Part shown: one piece after another, positions 44,224 to 55,223 of the stretch
Numbering within the stretch: the stretch's first letter is position 1
Layout of the letters: the number at the start of each line of letters is the position of its first letter
Source: a virus
Virus record (IMG/VR): IMGVR_UViG_3300035454_001750
DNA: 64,000 nt
Direction: 5' to 3' (one strand)
Made by a program: the position numbers and the translations under genes
Notes under the pieces: model-generated
The model's database searches: none
What the model was told of the DNA's origin: nothing
Seen by the model: the letters and a program-made list of their open reading frames with translations, nothing else

Positions 44224-47177
44224 ACATAGGAACTTTAACCATATTATTAGGTGTTACCACGAGTGGGGTAAACAAGGCGATAAGGGACGTGGGAAGATTG
44301 GAACGTACTGTTGCAGGTTCCGTTGCAAATATCAATGCACAATTATTAGCATTTTCACGTACAATGCTTTCCTTTGTTACCTTCCCAACGGTTGTTCTTG
44401 GTGCGGTTGGTACTAATGCTTTTTCAAAGTTTGAGTATAATCTGCATAAGATAACAGGGTTGGTTGGTGTTGCAGAAAATCAGACAAAACAATGGGGCAA
44501 GGAAATCTTAAACCTTGCCCCAAAATTTGGGGCATCTGCAACAAAAATGTCGGATGCTTTATACTTCATAACTTCAGCAAATCCTTACCGTGCCGCATCA
44601 GAACAAATGGAAATTTTGAAGGCATCAACAAAAGCGGCTGAGGCTGGTTTAGGTGATATTAAAACAGTTGCGGATACGGTTACCTCCGTATTAAACGCAT
44701 ACGGAAGTGAGAACATATCTGCGGCGCAAGCTGTTGACTCATTAATTTATGGTATTAGGGAGGGTAAAGTTGAGGCAGAGGATTTCGCAAAGGTTATCGG
44801 TAAAATTTTACCAATATCTTCAAAACTTGGAATGTCTTTTCAAGAAGTGGCAGCGGCAGCAGCAATGTTGGGAAGGACAGGGACTAATGCAGCAGAAGCA
44901 GCGACACAGATAAGAAGGTTATTAGTTACTTTGGTACAACAACCGGAAAAAGGACAAAAGGCATTATCGGAATTAAATTCATCTTATAATGACCTTATAA
45001 ACACGTTAAGAAGTAAAGGACTTCTTTCCTTAATGATGCAAATAAAAAATATGGCAGAGTTTAAAGGGGAAGATTTCCTTGCCGAAATATTCCCAAATAT
45101 ACGAGCCATGTTACCGGTAATGGACATTTTAGGTGAAAACTGGGAGGAAAACATCGGGATAATGGAGCGTTCAAAAGAAATTACCGGTGAGTTGGACAAA
45201 TTATGGGGAAGTTACACCAAAACAATGAAGTATGCTGTACAGCAAGCATTTTCAATGGCAGGTGTGACTATGATAGAGTTCGGAAACCAAATTAAAGGTG
45301 TAGTCATCCCGATACTTGCATTATTAGTAAAAGCACTTTCAAACCTTACTAATTGGTTTACAGGGTTAAGCTCAGAAACAAAAGAAACGATTACGAAAAT
45401 TACATTATTGGCGGCTGCTTTTGGACCACTTTATATTGCAATAAGTTCTATCATAACTGTTGTGTTGAGTGTAATTAAAATAGCTTTACTTCCTTTGCGT
45501 CTTGCTTTTATGGTTGTAGCGGGGGCGGTAAATATATTGGTAAATGGTTTACAGGGGTTGAAAGCGGTTATGATTGCGTTGAAATCAGCCGTACTTGCTA
45601 ACCCATACGTATTACTTGCCGGTTCTTTAATTGCTGTTGCGTATGCCTTCGCAAAAGTAAAAGACACATCTTATGCGTGGGTAATGTTCCTTGATGCTGC
45701 ATTTAAACGTATCCATATTTGGTTTTTACAATTTAAAGTGTGGATATACAAACATTTAGAGAAACCTTTATTAAACGCTGTAAAATTTTTAAATTCATTG
45801 TTACCTGAAAAATGGGCTATGGGCACTGAATGGGACTTTTCTGATGAAATAGAAAAGAACATGGAAACCATTGAAAGGCTTGAGGCAGAAATAGCAAAAA
45901 ACCCATACCATAAGTTTAGTGCTGCTGCAAAAGAAACATGGAATGATGTAAAGGATGATTTTTCTGGTTTAACAAGTTGGATTACAAAAAAATGGGACTC
46001 ATTGTGGGGGTCACTTGGGATGAAAGACCTTTCATTTGGTGGAGGTTTTGGACCAACTGAGGAATTACCAGTTAAGTCTATCGAGGAGTTTATGACAGAA
46101 GTTACTAAAGGAAATGTACTAATTAATGATTATATATATAATCCATTTGAAAAAGTAGATGGGTTAATACAAGATACATGGGGGGATTTAGCATTACTTG
46201 AAACTCATGCCAGACGTGCAGGAAGTACGTTTGATGATATGGATGAAACAATGAGATTAATCCATAATAGGATTAAGGAAATTAATCAGGAAATGATTTT
46301 AACAGGGAGCACGGAAAAACAAATTGAGCAAATAAAAAAGCTAAACTCCGTATTTAATGATGCAAAGGTAACTGTTATCTTGAGAGATATGAATGATCAG
46401 TTAGCAGAAGCAGATAGAAAAACAGGTTTGTTTGGAAAAACATGGGAGGAATTAAATTTACAGTCAGATATATATAATGATACTTTAAGAAGATTGCTTG
46501 CAATTGATACAAGTTTATTTGATGAAAAAGGATTAGAGGCGTATAGAAAAGCTGTTTTAAATGTAGCAGATGCACTGAGAAAATTAAATGAAGAGGAGGA
46601 AAGAAGAAGGGCTATAATTGATATGACACAACGTTCTTTGCAAGTTCTTGGTGATTTATATAATGCGTTTACCACTAAAAGAGTACAAGATTTAGAAAAT
46701 GAAAAAGAGGCAGAGTTAAATAAGGTTGGTGAAAATGCTGTTGCAAGACAGAAAATAGAGGAAGAGTTTGCAGAAAAAAGGAAAAAATTACTTATCAAAC
46801 AAGCATTATTCGAAAAGGCACTAACCGTTGCTTCCATTGCTTTATCAACAGCAGAGGCAGTAATGAAATATGCCAAATCACCTGTTACTGCTCCGTTAGT
46901 TCCTTGGGTAATTGCTTTAGGTGCTGCACAGGCAGCAGTAGCAATAGCCACACCTATCCCACAAATGGCAAATGGGGGCATCGTACCAGCCGGGTACCCT
47001 AACGATTCTTACCCTGCAATGCTTACAAGCGGTGAAATGGTGGTTCCACCACACAAATTACCAGAATTTGAAAGGAATGCAGTAGAGGTTCATGTCACTG
47101 TTGAGGGCAAAACCAAAGGCAAGGACATTTACTATATCATGAAAGAAATGGAACGTGTATATAAAAACGCATACTAA
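44220..47177 (+). CDS. Tail tape measure protein
   Basis: 985 aa, Ala-rich helical, hydrophobic mid-section, C-terminal MANGGIV...GEMVVP. Confidence 0.93.
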   Translation: MNIGTLTILLGVTTSGVNKAIRDVGRLERTVAGSVANINAQLLAFSRTMLSFVTFPTVVLGAVGTNAFSKFEYNLHKITGLVGVAENQTKQWGKEILNLAPKFGASATKMSDALYFITSANPYRAASEQMEILKASTKAAEAGLGDIKTVADTVTSVLNAYGSENISAAQAVDSLIYGIREGKVEAEDFAKVIGKILPISSKLGMSFQEVAAAAAMLGRTGTNAAEAATQIRRLLVTLVQQPEKGQKALSELNSSYNDLINTLRSKGLLSLMMQIKNMAEFKGEDFLAEIFPNIRAMLPVMDILGENWEENIGIMERSKEITGELDKLWGSYTKTMKYAVQQAFSMAGVTMIEFGNQIKGVVIPILALLVKALSNLTNWFTGLSSETKETITKITLLAAAFGPLYIAISSIITVVLSVIKIALLPLRLAFMVVAGAVNILVNGLQGLKAVMIALKSAVLANPYVLLAGSLIAVAYAFAKVKDTSYAWVMFLDAAFKRIHIWFLQFKVWIYKHLEKPLLNAVKFLNSLLPEKWAMGTEWDFSDEIEKNMETIERLEAEIAKNPYHKFSAAAKETWNDVKDDFSGLTSWITKKWDSLWGSLGMKDLSFGGGFGPTEELPVKSIEEFMTEVTKGNVLINDYIYNPFEKVDGLIQDTWGDLALLETHARRAGSTFDDMDETMRLIHNRIKEINQEMILTGSTEKQIEQIKKLNSVFNDAKVTVILRDMNDQLAEADRKTGLFGKTWEELNLQSDIYNDTLRRLLAIDTSLFDEKGLEAYRKAVLNVADALRKLNEEEERRRAIIDMTQRSLQVLGDLYNAFTTKRVQDLENEKEAELNKVGENAVARQKIEEEFAEKRKKLLIKQALFEKALTVASIALSTAEAVMKYAKSPVTAPLVPWVIALGAAQAAVAIATPIPQMANGGIVPAGYPNDSYPAMLTSGEMVVPPHKLPEFERNAVEVHVTVEGKTKGKDIYYIMKEMERVYKNAY

Positions 47178-50100
47178 TGGCTTACGACAGGATATATCAT
47201 GAGTATTTGGATATCTATGAACACCACCATTTCATTGAAATCTACAAAGTAGGATATACCAATTCCTACAATGTTTATTACAGTGGAAGTGACCCTGTTA
47301 ATATTCGTCATGGTGCTGTTTCTAAAAGTGAATGGGATCAGGAAATAATACAGGGAAAAGAATTAACTTTTTCCTTTGTATTACCACGTGCTGATGTAGA
47401 TGTGTTTAATGACTTAATGGAATCCCAATACAAAGATTTCCGTGTAAGGTATTACGTAAACAGTTCACTTAAATTTCAGGGGTATTTAAAACCGGAAAAC
47501 CTGTACAAAAGGTATGAAAAGAACCCACCAAACATTGAAGTACAGTTATCCGCTACTGATGCTTTAGCCGACCTGAAATCAATTAGGTTTGGTGATTTTA
47601 ACCATTTCGGAAGAATTATTACCGGTAGATACTCCATACTACAAATAGTAAAATATGCTCTTGAGCATTTGGAAATACAGGCCGATTTTAAAGTACAATT
47701 AAATACGTATGAGTCAACTTTAAATCAACCTACTTGGTGTCCTTTGCTCCATACGTTTGTAGATGCGAAAAGGTTTTTTGAAGAAGATAACCCGTATGAA
47801 ACGGTGATGTATTGCTGGGAGGTAATCGAAGCGGTGTTGAAAAATTTCAATGTTAAGTTTTTTCAGAAAAATGGTGAATACTACATTGTAAATTATTATG
47901 AAGGTGACAGCTTTGAATACAATATTCCGTGGACAACTTTATTACAGACTTCAAGAACAGCAATAAGCAGAGTAAGGGATATTACACAATACAAATTCCG
48001 GGAGTATATAGAGCAACAGAAAATTCACCCGTATGCCTCAACCATTATGGTTTTCAAGGCTAAAAATGTAGGTGGCGATGTTTCTGGTGTTGATCCGGCT
48101 AACTGGTATTTGGGTTGGGATATACATTTTCAAACATTCAATTACACTACAAATGACAATACGTTATATCTGACCGTAATTAATTCCGAGTCATACCCAA
48201 CGTACCCTAACTATATTCAACATAAAAATGGCGTACAGGTAAACAGAACAACAAGTAATGACTATATAGGGGTAAAATTCAATTACAGGTTATTCAGCAT
48301 TACCCATACCGGGGATTTACCAATCATGCAGTTAAAAATTGAAGTACTGCGTCCTTCCGGCCAATGGGCAGCACCATACGCAACTATTCTTGCATGGGGT
48401 TCTGAAGTCACGTATGAAAGTCCATTTGCGGAATCATTTCGTATTGTTGAATCTGGCACATACTTTATTCGTATTTCTTTCGTAATGGAGTACCCTGAAG
48501 CCTATGATTGGACAGGGCTTTCATTTTATATCAAAGACAAAATTCAATTACTGTATGCCCCGAACAGAGCCGTACAGGAGTACATCCCAAATCAAGGCAG
48601 TGATGATCTTGAAATAGAGTATGTACAAAGGAATACAAAAGGGTATGAAGATTTAAGGGAAGAGTTTTATTTTGGTGATATTGTTGCTGAAACTGATGAA
48701 GCCAGTTCTTTGGTGGGGTCGATGTTAGGGGCACTGTACGTTGGAGGTACTGTTCATGCCTCTTACCCTTCAAAGAAATGGAAAGCCTTTAGCGGTGTTT
48801 CAGCAATGCGTATTCTTGATTTATATGCTCGGACAATATTACTTAACCGGAGCAAATACAAAAACTATTTACGGTGTACCATTATTGACCGGCACCACAC
48901 AATAGAAGAAAATTATATTCTTATTATAGAGGATATCCCGTATGTTATTGCTGGATTTAACAAAAATTACAGAACAGGTGAGTTTGAAGTTGATTTGGTA
49001 GAGTTAATTGCCGATGTAGAAATTGTTGATGGTTATGATGATGCAGAGGAGTTAACTATTAAAAGCGCAACCATTTATGAAGGTACACCAGAACCACCGT
49101 TAGGTATTTATCAGGAAAATCATGGATTTGAAGTAGGCAATGCTATTGGTTCATACATAGATGAGTTTGAAGATGTTATTTACTTTAAAGCTATTGCTAA
49201 TCCAGAATATCCAGAGTTATCAAGGGTAATTGGTGTTGTTACTGAAATATTAACAGATGATTTTTTCAGGTACAAAAGTGATGGGTATATACAGGTTCCT
49301 GAAAATGTTGTGGCTGTTTCTGATGGTTTGTATTATTATTTATCCACAACGGTTGCGGGAAAATACACCACGACACCACCAACTGATGAGGGCACACCAA
49401 AAGTGTTAATAGGGTATGGAACAGAACGTGGATTAAAAATTGAAATTACCCCACAAGGGAATGTGCTAATGACGGATATGTCTGTTACCGGAACAGGCAC
49501 AGAAATAGACCCTATCACATTGGTAAATGATGAAAATTCTCCAACAGCTAATAAGTATTACGGCACAAATGAATTAGCTGTGTTAGGGTATCATCTATTA
49601 CCTGAAGGAGGTGGACAAGTTGAAATTCCAACTATTACTCAAAATGGACACGGGTTTGTTGTTGGTGATGTCATTCGTCACAATGGTACTATATATGTCA
49701 AAGCACAGGCAAATAATGATGTGAACGCTCAGGCTTGTGGAATTGTTTCAGAATATATCGACACAAACCAATTTAAGTTTATTGCTGATGGTGTAATTGA
49801 AGGAGTAGGGGTGCCGGGAGAAGAATACTTTTTATCAACGACAACACCAGGACAATTAATAACACTGCCAACGCCGGAAGTTTGGAATCTTGGGGAAGTT
49901 CGGTTGTCATGTGGTTGGGGAACATCACTTGGGTTGAAAGTAGAAATTGATGTTGGGGATGTTATCGGATCGTTCGAATTTCCGACAGCAGAGTTAAAAG
50001 GCTATTGGGATAGGGAATTTGAATTTTGTGTTAACAAAGGAATTGCAGAAACATTTGATGTGGATTTATGGGCGGTTTATGAGTATGATATCATAGAAGC

Positions 50101-50320
50101 TATTCTGGAAAGTGATGGGGAGCTGAGTGGAGTGGCAATTAAAATAAATGGGGTTAATGTAGGGGGTTTAGATAATCTTACTGTAAACACCATTGCAATG
50201 ACTGTTGCTTCATCAGATTACTCAGTAACAGAGGGCAACCGGGTAACTCTATCTACAACCGTTTCGTATAGCGGTGATCCTTCCGTAATTAAGGGCAAAC
50301 TTAAAATCCTAAGATCATGA
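47177..50320 (+). CDS. Tail tip/baseplate protein with duplicated C-terminal domain
   Basis: Follows the tape measure gene; two copies of HGFxVG...YLSTT..G...GxGT..GLK.EI. Confidence 0.75.
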   Translation: MAYDRIYHEYLDIYEHHHFIEIYKVGYTNSYNVYYSGSDPVNIRHGAVSKSEWDQEIIQGKELTFSFVLPRADVDVFNDLMESQYKDFRVRYYVNSSLKFQGYLKPENLYKRYEKNPPNIEVQLSATDALADLKSIRFGDFNHFGRIITGRYSILQIVKYALEHLEIQADFKVQLNTYESTLNQPTWCPLLHTFVDAKRFFEEDNPYETVMYCWEVIEAVLKNFNVKFFQKNGEYYIVNYYEGDSFEYNIPWTTLLQTSRTAISRVRDITQYKFREYIEQQKIHPYASTIMVFKAKNVGGDVSGVDPANWYLGWDIHFQTFNYTTNDNTLYLTVINSESYPTYPNYIQHKNGVQVNRTTSNDYIGVKFNYRLFSITHTGDLPIMQLKIEVLRPSGQWAAPYATILAWGSEVTYESPFAESFRIVESGTYFIRISFVMEYPEAYDWTGLSFYIKDKIQLLYAPNRAVQEYIPNQGSDDLEIEYVQRNTKGYEDLREEFYFGDIVAETDEASSLVGSMLGALYVGGTVHASYPSKKWKAFSGVSAMRILDLYARTILLNRSKYKNYLRCTIIDRHHTIEENYILIIEDIPYVIAGFNKNYRTGEFEVDLVELIADVEIVDGYDDAEELTIKSATIYEGTPEPPLGIYQENHGFEVGNAIGSYIDEFEDVIYFKAIANPEYPELSRVIGVVTEILTDDFFRYKSDGYIQVPENVVAVSDGLYYYLSTTVAGKYTTTPPTDEGTPKVLIGYGTERGLKIEITPQGNVLMTDMSVTGTGTEIDPITLVNDENSPTANKYYGTNELAVLGYHLLPEGGGQVEIPTITQNGHGFVVGDVIRHNGTIYVKAQANNDVNAQACGIVSEYIDTNQFKFIADGVIEGVGVPGEEYFLSTTTPGQLITLPTPEVWNLGEVRLSCGWGTSLGLKVEIDVGDVIGSFEFPTAELKGYWDREFEFCVNKGIAETFDVDLWAVYEYDIIEAILESDGELSGVAIKINGVNVGGLDNLTVNTIAMTVASSDYSVTEGNRVTLSTTVSYSGDPSVIKGKLKILRS

Positions 50321-52152
50321 AGCTGACGAACTGTAACTGTGGGAAGCTCGTGGACTGTGGGTGTACGCTGAGCTTTGACACCTGGCAGAACAATACGATA
50401 TCGGTTCTCTCCGTAGGGAATCTGGTGGGTGGAAGCTGCACGTTTGATGAGTACGTGATTGACTGGTACAGAGACGGACATCATGCCATGGTCTCCGGGA
50501 AAGGGTACGATCCGGATATTCAAAGTTTTCATCCTTTCACCGGCCTCGCTGCCATCCCGGTTGAACCGGGACAATGGAAGCCGGTGCTGCGCTATGTGGT
50601 CATGGATGGAAAAGTTTTGTATGCCAGAAATCGTAAATGCAAGGATTGGTGCATGTATCTTCAGGCAGAACTGCCGTCTATAACCGTTCCTTATATTACC
50701 GTCAATGCTTTACATTGCGGTCTTGTCGGTACTGGAAACAACGCACCTGCGTTGAATTATGATTTTTCAGTACGTTATGAAACAACGCAGGATTTTTCAT
50801 TGGCTGAAAGAACCTTCCGGATGATGCTTGACGGGAATGGAGACACCGGGTATGTTGCTGTCCGCTTTCAAGGAGATATTGTCGCGGATAAGATTGAAAC
50901 ATTCTATCGGGACGAAACGACACCGCTGAATGCGTATGTGGTAGGAACCAACTTGACAGCCAATAACCCAAATGTGATACCGCAGGAGATTGATTACGGA
51001 TGGATCCTCACGGTCGCTAACATGGAGGATAGAACATATCAGCAGGGCGATTACATTACGATAAAGGTGACCCCTTCTGTTAAGGAGCCTGGGAACTTCA
51101 ACACCATCTGGCGAGTAGACTTAAAGTGTTTACCGAAGGACGTATTTGAGTGCAATCTTTTTCATCCGGGAATCCGGACGATAGATGTAAACAGGATCTC
51201 GCTGTCATGGAATGAACCGCAGTGCAGGTATGAACTTTTATTTTATACCGTTGATAATTTGGGAAGCAGTTATTCAAATACATTCTTTGGTAAATACCTT
51301 TCACCCATATACACCGGCGGAGCAAACACTGCCTCCAACAGCACGGAAGGATTGGTCAATATCTATCTTCGTAAATCAATCACCGCAAGCGCGCCAACTA
51401 TATACGTGACCACATCGTTTACCAATATGAGCGATTCATTTTTGGCCGCTAAAACTGGTAATATTCTCACATTTGAATTTGCGGACAGTAATGACTATAA
51501 TGCTTTTAAGGATTCTCATGCAGCAGTTACAGGGCATGCCCGTTACCTTGATTACTCGCCTGATCCAACAAGTCATTTGCATTACAAATTTTTCCATTTA
51601 ACATGGAGAGAGACGATGCTCTCTTGTGGCGACACCTTTGTTTTACGAACACAGCGGTTTCACATATCCTCTCCCGTTGCTTTTGACGACTCTCTCAAAA
51701 AAATTACCATTGAAATGCTTAACGTTTCCAATGGAATTATTGCGGAGGACTGCAATAGCCTCTATTCTGTTGCTAATTCCCTTGTATTAACAGCAAACGG
51801 CGATATCAACAAGGCAGACTGGTCTGGATCTACCCGTTGTCGCAATCTATATCCATTTAATCTCAGTTATACTACCGTCGCCCAAACCGTAGAAAACACC
51901 CGCTCTGTGGGAGGGCAGTGGTATCTGCATCTGGAAAGCCTGAATACGGTATGCGAACTAACCGGATGGGATATAGCCTCAAACGGGAATTTTATTTATC
52001 GACAGTATAACGTCAGAGTCACCCTGACAAATCCATCCGATGCGCTGAATAATTTCAGGGTGGAATCAAGGTTGAATGCCTTAACGGGACTACTTGAATC
52101 CAACTTCACGATCATTTATGAAAAACAAAACGGACAACAAATAATACCTTAA
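50317..52152 (+). CDS. Cys-rich putative tail/receptor-binding protein
   Basis: 611 aa, beta-rich, many Cys; tail region. Confidence 0.6.
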   Translation: MKLTNCNCGKLVDCGCTLSFDTWQNNTISVLSVGNLVGGSCTFDEYVIDWYRDGHHAMVSGKGYDPDIQSFHPFTGLAAIPVEPGQWKPVLRYVVMDGKVLYARNRKCKDWCMYLQAELPSITVPYITVNALHCGLVGTGNNAPALNYDFSVRYETTQDFSLAERTFRMMLDGNGDTGYVAVRFQGDIVADKIETFYRDETTPLNAYVVGTNLTANNPNVIPQEIDYGWILTVANMEDRTYQQGDYITIKVTPSVKEPGNFNTIWRVDLKCLPKDVFECNLFHPGIRTIDVNRISLSWNEPQCRYELLFYTVDNLGSSYSNTFFGKYLSPIYTGGANTASNSTEGLVNIYLRKSITASAPTIYVTTSFTNMSDSFLAAKTGNILTFEFADSNDYNAFKDSHAAVTGHARYLDYSPDPTSHLHYKFFHLTWRETMLSCGDTFVLRTQRFHISSPVAFDDSLKKITIEMLNVSNGIIAEDCNSLYSVANSLVLTANGDINKADWSGSTRCRNLYPFNLSYTTVAQTVENTRSVGGQWYLHLESLNTVCELTGWDIASNGNFIYRQYNVRVTLTNPSDALNNFRVESRLNALTGLLESNFTIIYEKQNGQQIIP

Positions 52153-52155
52153 AAC

Positions 52156-52410
52156 ATGGCATGTCCCGACAGAGATAAAGATGCACGAATCATAGCTGAG
52201 ATTGAAAGGCGAAAAGCAATGGCAAGCGGAGAGTTGAAGGCTGCTTCATTGGAGTTTGAGGAATATCTGCATGTGGGTTCGATGATGGAGATTTTGAATC
52301 TTGGATTCAAGGAAGGAGATATTTTAAAGATTCAGCAGGTTGAAGAAAGTACATGGAGGATAACTTTAAAAATAGAAAGTCATGAAAGCAACAAGAGCGA
52401 GAAAAAATAG
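52156..52410 (+). CDS. Hypothetical protein
   Basis: ORF in the tail region. Confidence 0.6.
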   Translation: MACPDRDKDARIIAEIERRKAMASGELKAASLEFEEYLHVGSMMEILNLGFKEGDILKIQQVEESTWRITLKIESHESNKSEKK

Positions 52411-52591
52411 CATTTTAATTGCCCTGAATACGATGGGTGGGAAGGTTGTTGATATGACAACCCTTGCAGATGGAGTCTCACCGGTATTTGATCAGGGAGC
52501 CAATATGTACCGGCTCGTTGAATTGGCGTTGGCTGAACACGACCATGAAATTGGGGATATGACACTGATTTTTGAAAACGCTTTAATATAG
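52382..52591 (+). CDS. Small tail-fibre adaptor-like protein
   Basis: C-terminus EIGD...FENALI shared with the next gene. Confidence 0.55.
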   Translation: MKATRARKNSILIALNTMGGKVVDMTTLADGVSPVFDQGANMYRLVELALAEHDHEIGDMTLIFENALI

Positions 52592-52597
52592 AATATT

Positions 52598-53242
52598 ATG
52601 AGTTTAGCAACACGGATTTCCGATTTAGCCGTCAGAGTAGCTACTGAGTTTAAGACGGTGAAAAGTAAACTCTCCGGAAATACCACCGGAGATTTGAGTG
52701 GCTTAACCACCACAGTTAAAACAAGCCTGCTGGCCGCCATCAATGAGCTGGTGTCTGCTCTTGCCGGGAAGCAAAACACTCTGGGGTTTACTCCGGAGAA
52801 CGTCAACAACAAGGGGGCTGCCAATGGATATTGCCCGCTTGGGGCTGATGCCAAGGTTCCTGCTGTCAATTTACCTTCTTACGTTGATGACGTGCTTGAG
52901 TCGACAAGCTTTGCCGCCCTTCCCGGAAGCGGAGAAACAGGCAAAATATATGTGACCACCGATACGAATAAGCAATACAGGTGGTCAGGGTCAGGCTATG
53001 TGGAGATATCGGCCAGCCTTGCCCTTGGCGAAACAAGCGGCACTGCCTATCGGGGAGACAGAGGTAAAACGGCCTATGACCACTCACAAGAGACAGGTAA
53101 CCCTCACGGAACAACCTTTGCACAGATAGCAAGCAAGCCAACGACTATATCGGGGTTTGGGATAACCGACACATATACCCAAACGGAGATTGGTGATCCT
53201 GAAACTAACTTTGTGTCCACCTTTGAAACTGCACTGGTATGA
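52598..53242 (+). CDS. Tail fibre protein
   Basis: LTTTVKTSLLAAINEL, KGAANGYCPLG, LPSYVDDV, GETGKIYV, ALGETSGTAYRGDRG. Confidence 0.8.
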   Translation: MSLATRISDLAVRVATEFKTVKSKLSGNTTGDLSGLTTTVKTSLLAAINELVSALAGKQNTLGFTPENVNNKGAANGYCPLGADAKVPAVNLPSYVDDVLESTSFAALPGSGETGKIYVTTDTNKQYRWSGSGYVEISASLALGETSGTAYRGDRGKTAYDHSQETGNPHGTTFAQIASKPTTISGFGITDTYTQTEIGDPETNFVSTFETALV

Positions 53243-53754
53243 GCTTAATAAGCAGAATCAATGATCTTGCAATAAGGCTGGGAACAGAATTTAAAGCTGT
53301 GTGGGGGGCATTAAACGGCAAAGAGCCTTCGTTTGCCAAAAACACAGCCTTTAATAAAAATTTCGGCAATACTGAAGGAACAGTAACACAAGGAAACGAT
53401 TTGAGACTTAGTGACACCAGAACACCGTCTGACGCAACCGTTACCTACGCGAAATTGGCAACGGACCTGATCAGCAGGAACACAGTAGACGCAGCCAACA
53501 TCGACTGGAATGCAGGCGGAGTTTTCACCAAGACAATTACAGGAGCCACGACTTTTACATTTAGTAACCTTCAGCTCAACAAGGTGATCACACTGGTAAT
53601 GACCGGCAACTTTGCTATAACGCTGCCGACATATTGCAAAAAAATAAGCGGGACGTATACCGGAACGGTATCTAATTATATTCAATTCCATTGCACAAAC
53701 GCAACGGGAGGTTCTGAGGAGGTCTGGTACACTATAAACCAACAAGCGACATAA
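53239..53754 (+). CDS. Tail fibre protein
   Basis: N-terminus paralogous to 52598; GNDLRLSDTRTP. Confidence 0.75.
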   Translation: MSLISRINDLAIRLGTEFKAVWGALNGKEPSFAKNTAFNKNFGNTEGTVTQGNDLRLSDTRTPSDATVTYAKLATDLISRNTVDAANIDWNAGGVFTKTITGATTFTFSNLQLNKVITLVMTGNFAITLPTYCKKISGTYTGTVSNYIQFHCTNATGGSEEVWYTINQQAT

Positions 53755-53755
53755 A

Positions 53756-54532
53756 ATGGCAGAAGAAGTAGTAGAACAGATTATATTTTCGACCGTAAGC
53801 TCATCGCCAAGGACATGGCTGGCTCCATCCGATTTAAAGGAAGGACTATATAATGTGGTCGTTGAGTGCTGGGGGGGCGGAGGAGCAGGAGGATACGTCG
53901 TCGGGAATAATTCGGTCAGCTCCGGAGGTGCTGGCGGGGCATACGTCCGTGTGGGAACTACGATAAACAAAGGGCAGTCTGTTAGTTATCAGGTCGGAGG
54001 TGGTGCGTTTGGTGGTTCTTACAACGTTGATGGAACAGGGAGTCCCGGCGGAGACACATGGTTTATTGACCCAACGCAGATCATGGCAGAAGGAGGCACA
54101 GGCGCGCCTGTAATGTTTGCGGACAATATATCAGGATCAACGAGTCTCGTCCTCGGATCAACAAGCAGGTGCAGGACCATCGGCAATGTGCAGGCAAAAT
54201 ATAAAGGAGGAGACGGAGGTCGGTCGAATATGCCGTGGGAGTCAGGAGGCGGAGGAAGCGGTGCCGGATCGACAGGAAACGGGAACTCGGCGTACGGAAG
54301 AACTGGAGGTTCAGCCAAAACAGAGTACGGCGGGGCTGGCGGGAATGGCACATTAACCGTAGCCTCCAATGGTGCAACCGGATCCAACTACGGATCAGGA
54401 GGATCAGGAGCATCCACATACAACGGGACAGGTCCAAGACCCTCCGGAAGCGGACGACAGGGAATAATTAGACTTACCTACACACGGATTCTACCAACCA
54501 CGAAACCATTTATAATGAAAACACTACCATGA
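53756..54532 (+). CDS. Glycine-rich tail tip/receptor-binding domain protein
   Basis: VECWGGGGAGG...GGAGGAY...GSGRQGIIRLTY. Confidence 0.8.
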   Translation: MAEEVVEQIIFSTVSSSPRTWLAPSDLKEGLYNVVVECWGGGGAGGYVVGNNSVSSGGAGGAYVRVGTTINKGQSVSYQVGGGAFGGSYNVDGTGSPGGDTWFIDPTQIMAEGGTGAPVMFADNISGSTSLVLGSTSRCRTIGNVQAKYKGGDGGRSNMPWESGGGGSGAGSTGNGNSAYGRTGGSAKTEYGGAGGNGTLTVASNGATGSNYGSGGSGASTYNGTGPRPSGSGRQGIIRLTYTRILPTTKPFIMKTLP

Positions 54533-55206
54533 AAGCAAGAATCGAAAACGGAACAATTAAACTCTATGGCAGTTTGCCACAGGATTTTGAGAACATTCTC
54601 AACTTCGCAAATGCCGATGAGGAAACAATAAAGTCCAAAGGATTTTATGATGTTATTGAACCTATATGGGATCGAGATATGCAGGTTTTGGGTGAATTAT
54701 ATTTTAATGAAGTCTCACAGGTGTTTACCTACCCTGTAACGGACAAAACACCAGAACAAATTGAAGCGGAGCGTATTACCAAAATTAATACTGAAGTTGA
54801 TATTATTTTTAACCAGCTTGACCCACAGCTTGTAAAGAAATTGCTTTCTGATAGGCTCGCAACTTTGCCGGAAGAGGAAACAATCGAATACCGAACAATG
54901 TTTCCACCATTTAAAATTGGGATTGCGGTGACAGTAGGTGAAAAACTTTACTATGCCGGGAATGATAAATTGTATGAGGTATTACAGCCACATATAACAC
55001 AGTTGGATTGGACACCTGATTTGGTTCCGGCTTTGTTTAAAGAAGTTTCTCCTCCCGGAGTAATACCAGATTGGGTTCAACCAACTGGAGTTCATGATGC
55101 TTACCAAATTGGGGACAAAGTAAAACATAATGGCAGTACATGGGAAAGTACGGTTAATAGTAACGTATGGGAACCGGGTGTATATGGGTGGAATATCATT
55201 GTTTAA
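54529..55206 (+). CDS. Tail-associated protein with CBM5/12-like carbohydrate-binding domains
   Basis: LYEVLQPHITQLDWTP; WVQPTGVHDAYQIGDKVKHNG...WEPGVYGW. Confidence 0.8.
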   Translation: MKARIENGTIKLYGSLPQDFENILNFANADEETIKSKGFYDVIEPIWDRDMQVLGELYFNEVSQVFTYPVTDKTPEQIEAERITKINTEVDIIFNQLDPQLVKKLLSDRLATLPEEETIEYRTMFPPFKIGIAVTVGEKLYYAGNDKLYEVLQPHITQLDWTPDLVPALFKEVSPPGVIPDWVQPTGVHDAYQIGDKVKHNGSTWESTVNSNVWEPGVYGWNIIV

Positions 55207-55223
55207 CCATAAAATAATTAAGT

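Noticed and set aside
47177..55206. Diversity-generating retroelement or invertible tail cassette
   Set aside because: No reverse transcriptase, invertase, TR/VR pair or flanking inverted repeats seen in the window.
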